From: Chrysomallon squamiferum
Lineage: Eukaryota; Animalia; Mollusca
DNA: 64,000 bases
Assembly: GCA_012295275.1 (NCBI GenBank)
Contig: CM022670.1
Coordinates: forward strand, 21,824,001 to 21,888,000
Reading direction: 5' to 3'
Shown here: in pieces, positions 42,127-55,716 of the stretch
How the letters are laid out: the number at the start of each line of letters is the position of its first letter
Numbering within the stretch: position 1 is the stretch's first letter
Made by a program: the position numbers and the translations under genes
The notes under the pieces: model-generated
Seen by the model: the letters and a program-made list of their open reading frames with translations, nothing else
The model's database searches: none
Told to the model about the DNA's origin: nothing

Positions 42127-43677
42127 TGCAATTATCACTGAATATATATACATGTATGTATTTATGTATTTAGGTATGTATATATGTATGCAAAATATGT
42201 ATTCGCAAAAATGTAGGTATTTTTTAATTTATGTTTATAAATTTAGAAGACAAACCAAGAACAACTACAATACCAAACATCAACAATAACAAAACAACAA
42301 CAATAATAATAAGAAGAAAACAACAACAAAAAAAGAAGAAAAAGAAGTATATCATAAAAAATTAAATATGTAAGAAAAATACACATCACCAAAACATGTT
42401 GACTTACTCTCAGTTCTAAAATATATTTTCACTTCATGGACAAAGTACAGTTTTCCTAGATCGACTTCCCACCACGTATACGACTGTCCTATTGCTGTGT
42501 GCATAAAGTTATTCCCATTTTGTTTTGTTACTCCATCAACAGCTGTAGATGCTTTGAAACCACCATTGTAAGAACTCTGGTAGGCTGGCTTTCTCTTAGC
42601 TACATTTACTGATCAAAATGGAATTAACAAATATTTATATAAATATATGAATATCAATATCGTACACATATACACAACGACATCTGAAGAAACAGGTATC
42701 GGACAAATTATCCGGCGTCCTGAAATCCAGTAAGACAATAAAACCTGAAATGTTTTTCCAGACGCTATTTTCATAGTTCTCGAGCGCACGTGTTGTCCTC
42801 ACCAGACCGAAACTACTCTTTCAAGCCGCGTGGCGTTCTTTCACTCGCCACATTGTTTACATAATGTCGAATCGCCACAGTTGTGTATCGTCAATTTTCT
42901 TTTTAATTTTAAAATGTTTATGCCTAGTTATTTACGTATTTAGATGCCTTGGTGCCAGAAAACCTCAGGCCCCAAGGAGTCCGTAAATTGGTCCGATATC
43001 TGTACATACATATGAAAAAATGATACCTCATACCACAAATATTATTAAGACAAATTCGTTCGTTTTATTATTTCTAATCAAAGATTAGGATATTTGTGGT
43101 AGTAACATTACGTCGTTTTTCGTCATGACAGTTTTTAATAACTGCAACATCAGTGACCACTTCATATCTACCTATCTATATATATGTATAAATACACACA
43201 CACACACACATATATATATAAACTTATACAGTCACACACATATAAACACACATACACATATACATAGGTATACACATATATAGAGAGATATGTAAACATG
43301 TTTATACGAATTATACATATATAAGTGCAGAAGGATATATATATATTTATGTATGTAAATATGTATGTATGTATGTAAATATGTATGTGTATATATATGT
43401 GTACGTACACTCGTCCTTATGGACTTACATATATATATATATATATTCTTTTTACAAACATTACATACATACATACATATATAGTTTAGTATTTAGTTAT
43501 AGATTAATTATAAGCATATACGGACGAACTAACACCCACACATATACATCCATATATACATACATATATGTGTGTCTATACATTTTTAAACGTCTTACCA
43601 AACTGAGCTGAAATGTGAACTTGAAACATGAAAATAAACCACAGAAAAACATAAAACTCCAAGCAAACTGCAGCCAT
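37224..43677 (-). CDS. F-type lectin (fucolectin/FTP) domain, 6 EGF-like repeat type I membrane receptor (MEGF10/SCARF-like stalk), intact, 581 aa (copy C)
   Basis: 11 GT-AG exons, all phase-compatible, 1746 nt in total. 43599-43677 signal MAAVCLEFYVFLWFIFMFQVHISAQF. 42408-42608 and 41429-41650 FTLD (NVAKRKPAYQSS..AVDG..HT..WWEVDLG..R..RR..ARYVTV..EVEVY). 8-Cys EGF exons 40968-41120, 40349-40501, 39944-40078, 39307-39441, 38385-38519, 38009-38149. TM 37816-37915 (SVIILSSITALALIFSGAALILVI). Tail 37224-37515. Confidence 0.9.
38861..38963 (-). pseudogene. Dead EGF pseudo-exon inside an intron of copy C
   Basis: After an AG: E*DCAELGSNCNFICGECKNN / GQCKNG*KAGYQ, with stops and a deletion. Confidence 0.65.
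42693..43002. mobile_element. MITE (Tc1/mariner-like ends) in intron 1 of copy C
   Basis: Imperfect TIRs CAGGTATCGGACAAATTATCCGG / CAGATATCGGACCAATTTACGG, with TA on the right flank. Absent from the homologous 237-bp intron of copy B. Confidence 0.65.
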
Positions 43678-45058
43678 GTTGTGTTAAACTAGAAAAGGTG
43701 ATCCAGGAAGACCTGGGTCGTTTTCAAAGCGCACATGTTTACTCAACATTTAGTTTAACGTTATGTCTATTGTTACTTCTTACCGCATGACGCAAACTGA
43801 ATAGAAGTTATGATTGACTAGATGACACTGCAGATATAACAACTGTCAGGTTTCATTCACTCTGTGTACATTAGTCTATAAATATCTCTTTTTGTTGTTT
43901 ATCTGTTGTATTGTGTATTAAGGTATGTGTGTTCGTGAGTGTATATGTGTGTATGTTTGTCTGTGTGTTTGTGTGTGTGTGTCTGTGTGTTTGTGTGTGA
44001 GTACGAGCGCGTACCCGTTTATAATCTTTAATATAAATAGAAGAATAGAGTTACTCATTTCATCTTTAAATAAAGGAAAACGCTCACGTATCTGAAAGTA
44101 AAGCTTTATCTCTCTTAAATCAACAGAAATTGTCGAGCCAGTTGTAACTGTTATATGATTGAACGAGTCACTTACAGCAGTTAGAAGAGCGGGTGACAGC
44201 TCTTCTTCTTCTTGTAGATTCCGTCGTTTGCTAGTTTTGTTTGTCCCTATGGTTGTTGTCTTTAGTTAATTATTGTTAGGTTATTGAAATAGGAAAATTA
44301 TTGGACTAGATAAATTCATCTATAATCTTAGATGGTATTTATTCATTTGTGCGTATGTTTGTTTATTAAATTTAAAAAATAGCAACTATTTACTTTGGAA
44401 ATGTTTATTAAAAGTTGTTTTCCAATTTTTATCTTCCTGATGGTATTATTCATTGAATGCGAAAAATGTCTATGATATTATTAAACAGTAATACGTATAT
44501 ACATACTGACATGTAAGCATAAAGAAATATATACCTATACACGGTTTCATTATTCAGTAACCACCACCAACTTACACTTAGATAGCAGCATATATGTATA
44601 AATATGTGTGTGTGTGTGTTTGTGTGTGTACTGCGACTGTTGTGATTAAAATAGTATAAAAAGGATATGTACATAATCTTATTAATTATAATAAAAAGTC
44701 ACCCAAAGAAAAAATAAAACGAATGTTTCCTTCCAATAAAACCAGTAGAAGTCTATTACATGTAATTGTCAACGTCATCCATACACAGAGTGAAACCTTG
44801 CAGTTTAAAGAAATGAATGATATAAATAAGTGTGACCTACAAAGTAAGATATGTACAACATGTAACAGATCTCACAGGCATAAAGACACATACAAACACA
44901 GATAAATCTACCATTCTTAATAGAAATGATTAAGTTTCACAAAACTATAGTTTTTAACTAAATCATTATTAAAAATGATAATAATTATTATAAAATTAAA
45001 TAATTTATTATAATAGTATAGAATATTCTCTGTGGATAAAAAATATCTGAAAGATATT

Positions 45059-45198
45059 TTAAATCTTCCTAATGTTCATTTCGTTGTATGGAGATCTTTG
45101 ATCAACAGTTACAGCTTGCAAAGGAATATAATCATTTGCCATTTGTTGGTTATCGTCAGATGAGAGAATCATAATTGTTCTTTCTGTAGTTTTCTGCG
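45059..45198 (-). CDS. Candidate TM-less terminal exon: start of the TM exon fused in frame to the end of the tail exon
   Basis: TTTTACTGCCAG acceptor, phase 1, open to stop: (A)QKTTERTIMILSS-DDNQQMANDYIPLQAVTVDQRSPYNEMNIRKI*. The 3' flank matches that of copy C. Confidence 0.5.
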
Positions 45199-45635
45199 CT
45201 GGCAGTAAAATACATTATCACTTTATAAAATATTGTTAAATGTTTAATGATTTACAATCTATACAAAGATAAATATATTAAAGCTAAAAATACATAACAT
45301 AAAAGACATTGATACTTGACATGTAGATATATCTCAATTTAAAATCATCTATACAATTTTGTAACATAGTACATAAAAGATACTTGCCTATACACACATA
45401 CAAACACAGATACAAATATAATCAAATATGTATAAACATACAATACACACACACACATACATCTATATAAATGCATACATACATTATATACTGATACATA
45501 CATACATAAATACATACATAAATATATTTATCCATACATACATGCATACATGTATACGCACACACACAAACATATATATATATATATATATATAAACATA
45601 CATCTATCCATTCAGCAGCTGTTCATCCATACATA

Positions 45636-45835
45636 NNNNNNNNNNNNNNNNNNNNNNNNNNNNNNNNNNNNNNNNNNNNNNNNNNNNNNNNNNNNNNNNN
45701 NNNNNNNNNNNNNNNNNNNNNNNNNNNNNNNNNNNNNNNNNNNNNNNNNNNNNNNNNNNNNNNNNNNNNNNNNNNNNNNNNNNNNNNNNNNNNNNNNNNN
45801 NNNNNNNNNNNNNNNNNNNNNNNNNNNNNNNNNNN
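45636..45835. other. Assembly gap (200 N)
   Basis: Run of N. Confidence 1.
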
Positions 45836-47490
45836 AAAGAAATTAAAGGAAGGAAAAGAAAAATAAAGAAAAATAAAAAAAAACAACAGCAGCGTGAACA
45901 AAAAGCAAAAAGAAGACCAGAAACAAAATGGTAAAAAGACAACAACGAATCAAACAATCACAAAACTTTCGTTGTCTAGGACATCATTATTTTTCTGAAA
46001 TATTGTTATCATGTTAACAAAATTACGTCTGCTAGGTTTCTGTCTCTAAAAACATGTTGAATGTATTTCTATGTTGTCTGGAAATGTACAGAACATCGTG
46101 GAAGTGTTTATATCTTACTCATTTGCTCGTATGGAGATCCTTGATCAACAGTTTCAACTTGCAAAGCGTCGTAATCATTTGTCTTTTGTTGGTTGTCGTC
46201 TGTATAGTGTTGTGTGTTGTCACCATCAAGATGTCCTGCACATTTTCTTTTACGTCTGGGAGATTTCTGGTCTGACGCAGGGGGCAGCATCGACATCGTC
46301 GTCAACAGCTTCGTATACTGGAGCACTTGTCGTTGTTGTTGTGGATTGGATATTTTGACTTTTAAAAAAAGACACAGCTGGTTCGTTCGATTTCGTCGTT
46401 GTTCTTTTGCTCCTGAAATTATTTATTTATATAAATCAACAAGATTTAATTAATTGTGTTTTAAATCAGTTTATGGTTTCCTTTCCTAACAGATATATTA
46501 TATTTCTAAAGACAGAGATATTTAATCATTAGTAAATATCTGAATGTAATTTTGTTCATTACAGTAAATATTATATAGCATATTAAATTATTTGCTTACC
46601 TAATAATTAGAATAAGTGCAGCCGCACTTAAAATCAAAGGCTAAGACTATGACAATCACAATAATACTGTCTATGAGTATTTGTTGTGAAACTGAAAACA
46701 AACCAACAAAACAAATAGTATAGTTTAATAAAATTTAAACCACAAAATAACGTGAAAGATTACACGTGTAAATGTATTTATTAAAAACAATATATTTTTT
46801 TTTCATAAAACAAGATGAAAAAAAATAATATTCTACTAAGCGACAACCATAACTGAAAGGAATATAATACATATTGTTACCTGTATTACAAGATATACCC
46901 TGCCACCCGGCCACGCACCCATCAATGCATAATCCTGTCATAAAATCACATTTTCTGGTTTACCATGGCAATGTCTCTCAAAGGCAGATCTGGAGGCAGC
47001 CTTCACCAAACATGCCAAGAGGGCACTCTGTGATTGAAACATGTAAACCAGTATTAATTATCTTTTAAAAACACACACGTACATTCATGTACGTCCCTAA
47101 CTACCTTTGTTAAAAACAAATACAATAAAAGACAGTATTACATAAACACACACTTACAGGCATATTCCGTACGTGCATACACAAATACAAATATACATAC
47201 AAAACAATAGACACAAACTTATTTTTATTATTCATCGTCTCTCGCTCCACAAAATAACAATTACTATTTGCATATTGTAAAAATATATGTTTGTGTAACC
47301 TTCCCTGCACATGGATGAAGCAAATTAGTGAGAGTACAACTGGTCCTAAAACATTCTTTGGATGATGCCCTAACCAAATCTACCATCAAAGCCTTTTAAT
47401 AATGGGGTTATTACGACAATATCTTTTTTCTTTTTAACGTTCACAGTTGCTGGACTAATTCATTCCTAAAATAGATACATACTCACATAC

Positions 47491-47520
<30 letters not shown>

Positions 47521-47526
<6 letters not shown>

Positions 47527-47601
47527 TCCAAAGAATGAGCCACAATGTTTCTTCTTGCAGTTTCCACAAGCAGGTTTACATTTTCTGTCATATCTTCCTG
47601 C
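47521..47601 (-). pseudogene. Partial EGF pseudo-exon running into a (TG)n tract
   Basis: AGRYDRKCKPACGNCKKKHCGSFFGKC followed by microsatellite. Confidence 0.65.
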
Positions 47602-47796
47602 TCTATTTAAGACCATTAATAGTAATAACCATATTAAAGGATAAAATAATTAATAGTCGTTAATTATATGCCATTACATGTTAACTGAAATGTGTTGTGT
47701 CCATGTGTGTGTGTGTGTGTGCGTGTGTGTGTGTGTAATAAAACAAAAACAAATAAACAAACAAACAAAAAGATTGTCTAGATTGTTGTAACGTCG

Positions 47797-47990
47797 AGTG
47801 CTGGCGAGTGGTTGTCATACGTTCAAGTCTCGTTACGGCCATCTGACGGGTTTTCCTGAAAGTCTTGATGTGCAGAGTCTATTCAGACGTTCATAAGACA
47901 GAGAATATTCAAAATCCTAAAACACACACACACACGCACACATAGATGCATACATACATACATACGTACATACGTACATACATACATAGA
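47797..47990 (+). mobile_element. tRNA-derived SINE-like element with (CA)/(TACA) tail; 3' fragment also at ~50863-50937
   Basis: A-box-like TGGCGAGTGGTT and B-box-like GTTCAAGTC. The 3' end GTGCAGAGTCT.TTCAGAC...TATTCAAAATCCTAA plus simple repeat is shared with the second copy. Confidence 0.45.
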
Positions 47991-48551
47991 TATATGAATG
48001 CATGAATCCACACACATACAAATGCTTATTTCATTCATTTATTGTTATTTTGTGTGAACAATTTATGAACAATATGTGAACAATCTATGTTCAAGAAAAT
48101 AAAAGCACACACCAAATGGACATCGGATTGAAAAGAAAATGTATCGGTGCCAATTACGACAGATGTCATGCATATTTAGTTCTAACCATTGAACCAAATC
48201 CAAGTTAAAACAACTTTCAGAATGAGAGAATGCAAACTCTAATAATACAAATAAGTTAAACAAATATACTCACTTTCTTTACACAAAAGTCCTTGAAAGC
48301 CGTCTTTACAACCTTCTGTACAATTTCCAGAAATAAAATCACAAGTTTCTGTTTTACACTGACCACACATAGAATTACAATCAAATCCGTATTTTCCAGA
48401 TCTGCATTCTGAAAACATTAAATTTGATGAGAATTTGTAATTAGGTGAAAATACGCAAGCTTTTAATTCTTGAATGGTAGACGTATGTCTGTTTAGATTT
48501 TTTGGATGTTGTTTTTCTTATACGTTTCTTTAGTTCTTTATTTTTCATTTA

Positions 48552-48662
<111 letters not shown>

Positions 48663-49117
48663 TTGTCCTCTAACAATATCGTCATTTATTCTTACTGAAT
48701 TTAGGATATGTAAAACAAAGAGTTGGACTGACTTTGTTTGCACAAGATTCCCTCGTATCCTTCAATACAACCTCCAGTACAATTTCCAGAAACTCTATCA
48801 CATGGCTTGCTTCTACAGTTCCCACATCTAGATTTACAGTTTTACCATATGATCCTGGACTGCATTCTGCAGTTGTTAAAATAAGAATAAAATCAATAAA
48901 CTAATGAACAGTTGTTAAACGACATTACAGTTGATTTTAATATTAAGAATAATTATGTTTCAGGACTGCTTCTTAGAAAAAGAGCCTGCTACAAGGTATC
49001 TATCATAATGTTGTTGTTGTTTTTACTAACGTTTTTGTCCATGAAATAGTTCAGTTTCTAAGGATTTCGAGGTGAAAAATGATTCTACCATTCCGTACAG
49101 TCCATTCCATATATATG

Positions 49118-49243
<126 letters not shown>

Positions 49244-49888
49244 ACATGCTCGAAATAGTAATTATCAAGGAATCATTCATACAGAATATAAGCAGCGGTT
49301 AGTCTATTCTTGCTGAATGCTTTCATTTATTTATTTATTTATTTACTTATTTATTTACGTTAATACTTTTTTATTATGTGTAAGAATTTAAACTATTATT
49401 AAATAGTTAAAATATTTCATTTCTTCACACGTTCCAGACTGTTCATAACTCTGCTTCTAATGATTTAGAAGTAAACACTGTTCTATACCTTGTGTACAGT
49501 CCATTCCAGTCCATCCTGCCGTACATCCTGCAGTGTCACACTTTCCTGTCTGTACGTCACAAGATGAGTTTGTGTTAACACAGTGACGTTTTTACAAAAC
49601 TTGTCACAATTAGAACCATACTTGACTTTCAGCTCACACGCTAATATAACATGATATAATATAATATAATTATGTATAAACCATGACTAAAAGTCGAGCT
49701 CCTTAGCAGACTAATTCAATATTTTTTTTACTTTATTTTTTGATCTCTTTCGAATACATAATGAGCTTCATATAACAGTTTTCTTTCATTATACTCTTAC
49801 CTGTGAGAAATTATATTCATGTATTCATAGATAGATACATAGATAGATAGACAGACAGATAGACAGACAGATAGACAGACAGACAGAG

Positions 49889-49922
<34 letters not shown>

Positions 49923-51105
49923 AATAATTCAGTAAATTATTTTAATACGAACTAAAACAGTTTGTGTGTGTGTGTGTATGTGTGTATATATATATATATA
50001 TATATGTATATGTATGTATATTTAGTCCCAAACAGACATATAACGTAAGAATAATATTGTTATAATCGAACTGTTTGCCAATAGTTAATGTTACTATGAT
50101 TATTATTAAAATTATCATCATCATCATCATTATTATCATCAACGTCGTCGTTATTAAACAAATTATATTAGTTTGGCTGGTTACAAACCCAGGTGAGAAG
50201 GAATGGTGGTCTATGCATATTGTTCATATTAACTCACCATATATATATACTTCAACTTCCAGAAAATCTAAAGCTGTACTAATATTTTGACCGTTATCTG
50301 TAATTGTTGTTATTATTATTAATGCTTCCTCGTCATAATACTCATCAGTATCATCATTATTAAGTAAATCATCTTGCTACTTATTGGTATTGTAATTCCT
50401 GTGAAAAGGAATCTTAAAATAATTATTGTTTAAGCAAAAATAGTTTAACTCACCATATATTTCAACTTCCAGAAAATCTAAAGCTGTACCAACGCCTGGA
50501 CCATTGTTTGTTCCTTGATAGATAGTCACGTACCTGGCATTAACATTACACGTGAAACTCACAACATCAGGAATATCAGATCCATCTCGTCTACCAGTAA
50601 CAGTACCACACAGATGTCCTGTGTTAGATGAATTCACTGCTGTGTTTGTGTAGATCTGTACTCCTCGTCTTCGTATTTTAACTTTAATAAATAAAAATGT
50701 ACATGAGATTTATGTACCCAGTTAATATATTAAATGCCATATCAGACAACATTTAATGATTTGCTGTAGTTTATATATAAGCATAAGCATATACATACAT
50801 ACATACATACATATGTGTTTTATGTATATGCATAAATACAGTGCGTTCCCTAATACTGTCTATGTGCAGAGTCTGTTCAGACAGACATGAAACACAGACT
50901 ATTCAAAATCCTAATATACATACATACATACATACATATGCGTTTTATGTATGTGTATAAATGTAGAACAAAAATGAAATATCCAAATGATCACCTAAAA
51001 CAATAACAAAACCAATAATAATAAACAAGAGGCTGGAAAACCACAGCGACAACAACAACCAACAACGACAATAACAACAATAATAATGATAACTGATAAT
51101 AAGAG

Positions 51106-51168
<63 letters not shown>

Positions 51169-52909
51169 ACAGTTACGTAATAGAAAACAGATGAAATAAT
51201 TCTACTTACAGTCAGTTCTAAAATATATTTTCATCTCATGGACAAAGTAGATCTTTCCTAGATCCACTTCCCACCATGTGTACTCCTGTCCTATTGCTGT
51301 ATGTATAAAGTTATTCCCATTTTGTTTTGTGACTCCATCAACAGCTGTAGATACTTTGAAACGGTTGTCATGGTAAGAACTCTGGTAGGCTGGCTTTCTC
51401 TTAGCTACATTTACTGATCAAAATGAAATGAACAAATATTTAATAAGGATATGAATACCAACATCGTACACACACGTACGCACGCAAACACACTCACATT
51501 TATATATATATAAAGCGACATACAGACATACAAATTTAATTACAGATTAATTATAAACATATACGGACGAATCACACACACATACACACACACACACATA
51601 CATACATACATACATATTTGTATGTGTATGTACATTTTAAAACGACTTACCAAACTCAGCTGAAATGTGAACTTGAAACGTGAAAACCCCCCAGAGAAAA
51701 ACGTAAAATCTGATCCATGCGGCAGCCATGTTGTGTTAAACTAGACACTGTGATCCCGGAAGACTTGTTGTTCTTCAAGGCGTAGACGCTTAGTCAACGT
51801 TTACTGTCACATTATGTGTATTGTTCCTTCTTACTGCACGGTGCAAACTGAATACAGATATGTTTAACTGGATGACACTGCAATTATATTCATTGTAAGG
51901 CTGCTTTCACTCTGCACAGGTTACAAAATTCAAATATAATAATAATAATGTAGTAGAGGTAGTAGTAGTGGTAGATAGTGATAATAGTACTAGTAACAGA
52001 CAACAGTTGCTGTGATAACAATAGTACTAGTGTAGTGGTTTTGGTCTCTTGTAATGTCAGTTGTAGTAATAATAATAATATCGGCGTTTTTTTCAAAAAC
52101 AAATATATTAGCTCAAAAATACAAATAATGACTATGTTTTATTTTTTGTCAAAGCACTAAAGTGTTTGAACATTTTAAATTTAGTATACTTTTAATCAGG
52201 ACAGTTTTTACGTCTGTGTGTGAGATATATCTATCTGTTTTAGTGTGTGTATGAATGTATGTGTTTGTTGTGTGTGGTGTGTGTTTGTGCGTGTGTGTGT
52301 GTGTGTGTGTGTGTGAGTACAAGCGCGTTCCCGTTTGTGATCTTTAATTAAAAAAAAAAAAAGTATAACGTTACTTCGTCTTTAAATAATGGAACACAAT
52401 CACTTATCTAAAAATAAAATTTTATCTCTGCTAAAACAGTAATAGCATAACAGACCACGATTTGTTGAGCAAATTATAAATGTCACAGTGATTCAACGAT
52501 ACAGTAGTTAGTGGAGCGGGTTGGTGTTCTTCTTCTTGTTGTAGATGTTTGTTATTTGTTATTTGTGTTTGTTGTTTGCTGTTGTCTTTATTTATTTATT
52601 GTTAGGGTTGTTAGTGTTATGAAATATGAAACATCATTTGAATAGGTAAATGCAGCTATTATATTTATATATTTATTTATTTTAGTCTAACATTTAGTTT
52701 AACTTTATGTCTATTGTTCCTTCTTACCGCATGACGCAAACTGAATACAGGTTATGACTGACTAGATGACATTGCAGATATACCAACTGTCAGGTTTCAT
52801 TCACTGTGTGTACATTAATCTATAAAAAAAAACTAACAAGCTCGTACCCGTATATAATCTTTAATAGAAAAAGGAAAATACTGTTGCTCATTACAGAGAG
52901 AGAGAAAGA

Positions 52910-53020
<111 letters not shown>

Positions 53021-53071
53021 TAGAGAGCAGATAAATATAAATATGGTTTAACTCTTTTTGTTTTTCTTCAG

Positions 53072-53215
53072 AGTGTTCACTCTGGAAATATGGCAAAAAC
53101 TGACAACAAAGCGGTGCTTAAAGACGTTGCTATGACAGCCAGAGATGTATCTTCGAGAGTCGGAAATGTTTTGAAGGGTGTGTTCCTGGCTGGCAGCGTG
53201 TGGTCTTTAACAAAG
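53072..53215 (+). pseudogene. Inverted orphan EGF pseudo-exon of the same family
   Basis: AG/GT-bounded and 144 nt, like 58164-58307: ECSLWKYGKN*QQSGA*RRCYDSQRCIFESRKCFEGCVPGWQRVVFNK. Two stops and three Cys lost. Confidence 0.8.
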
Positions 53216-54935
53216 GTACAAAAGAGCTCATATTCACACTGTTATAATGATAAATAGTGTACATGACATTATATCCATGTACAAATGTGTGTGTGTGTGT
53301 GTGTACACAAACGTATGTATATTTAATATATATGTGAGTGTGTATGTGTGTGTATATATGTGTGCCTGTGTGTGTGCATATGCTTATATGTGTGTGTGTG
53401 TATGTGTGTTATAATCATAAATCTTTCGTAGCAATATAGATTATGTATGTCGGTTTTGGAAATAAAATAAATATATATTAATATATTTACTTCAACTTCT
53501 CACACAGACAAGAAGAAAGACAAACGACAGAAAAGAATTAAATGCATAGACACAGGCACACAGACACAAACACACATACACACATAAACAACACACACAT
53601 ACACACACATACACACATTCACAACACAATCAAACACACACAAAAGATTATTTCTGTGAACGAGTGGTTTCGTCGTTCTTCCCATATTACGCAAAATGTT
53701 ATTTAATTTTTTGGTTTGGAAATTATTACATATTAAGTTTTCTGTTAGAATTACAGTCAGTACAGTCATTATATATATATACATATATATATACACACAC
53801 ACTCACACCACATGTTATTGTACAAAAAAAAAAACCAAAATATTTTTTTAAAATAATAATAAAGATAAAACATCAATGTGTTGATTTATTAAACAGGTAT
53901 CTTTAATTTTATCTTTATTTGTTTCACGCCATTAGACCAAAAATGTCTTAAAAGACTGAGTCCATAGAAATGGTAGTTAATTGTCTGACTAGTTTATTGA
54001 CAGCAGTTCCGTCATCAGACGAAAAGATAATAGTCCCCATTTAACTCGGTTCCAGTAAAGATTTCACTCATGACAACCAGACTGTTATTTCTGAATCACA
54101 TACTATTAAATTACTTTTTTATGTGTTCATAAAATGTATATCTCATATATGTTAATTTTCGTTTCTAATAACATTTATTAGTCTGTATGTGAAAAACATC
54201 AGTACGATATATTATATTATACTATATCATATTATAGAATTACTGTTGTTGTTGTTAACGTGTGAGATGAACGTCACGTATGTTTTCAAGTGGATAAAAC
54301 ATAAAATATTTATCTCTTTATTTCTGTTGTCGTTTGTTGTGATTTTATCTAAAGTTATATAGATATACAAATATCGGTAATAACACTTCAGACTTGTATT
54401 TAATATACTAACATTTAGTTTCTGGAAGAGGAACGGCACAATGAAGAAACGTTCTGTATCTTATGTTGATAATAAAACCAACATTTTTATCTACAGCTTA
54501 ACCTTTATAATGGAAGAGATGACGGCGATGTCAGTGTTAGTGAAACAATATGAAATTAAAGTTAAAACACATCATACGATACGAAGGAGTCTCAATTCAA
54601 AATACAATAATGTATTATGCAACTACTGCAGCATATCTTTTACCTAAATTCAGATTAGTAAGAATCACAGTTCTAAATACAATAATGTATTATACAACCA
54701 TTGTTTCTATCGGTCTACTGTGATTACGTGCATTCCTCCATGTCTTCGTACTTTCACCTATTGTAAAACACTATGTAAAAGTAAAGTTAATTGACCTTTG
54801 GCGTAATGGACACGTCATACAAATGTAAGCTGATCTTTGACCTAAATCATAAAACATATATTAAAAGAAAATCATAACTATTATATAAGAATCAAGGCTG
54901 AATGTGAACGATTATGCATAATTAACCATTTCCGA

Positions 54936-54992
<57 letters not shown>

Positions 54993-55484
54993 GTTAATAC
55001 TAGTAGTAGTAGTATTTGTCTTACTATTTTGTTCACAACATACAGCTGTCACTTTTACTTATTTCCTTTTCTCGCTTTATTTTCGGATTTTAGATTTTGT
55101 TTTTATTAGAAATTCCATTAACGAAGTAAACTGATATACTATCTCATTCTGCTTTTAAATATGTAGTAAATTAAAAAATCCTTCTCAGTTTGAGAATTCA
55201 CCATTTCTGAAAATAAACTGTTAACGAGCGCTACTGGTGGACATAAGTACTGCTATTTAAAGAAGAAATTATTAGTAGTAGTAGTAGTATTAACTGTTGC
55301 CACTTCCATCATCATCATCTGCATCGTCAACATTATCATAACATATTGTCGTTGATGCATGGTAGTCGTGAAGTATAGTAGTTATTGCAGTCGTGGTGGT
55401 AGTAGTATCAGTAGAAACAACAGAAATGGTATTAGCAGCATCAGTTATAGTAATAGTAGCACTAGTCGTAGTAGTAGTAGTAAC

Positions 55485-55515
<31 letters not shown>

Positions 55516-55682
55516 ATAATAATAATAATAACAATAACAACAACATCAACATTAGTAGTAGTAGTAGTAGTTGAAGTATTTTAATAATAACGTTTATTAT
55601 CATTATTAGTATTATTATTATTATTATTGTTATTACAACTACTGCTGCTGTTACTACTACAACTACTACTACTACTACTGTA

Positions 55683-55716
<34 letters not shown>

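Noticed and set aside
53930-54650. Possible exon-like segments after the inverted EGF exon
   Set aside because: Frames contain stops and show no similarity to the family TM or tail exons.
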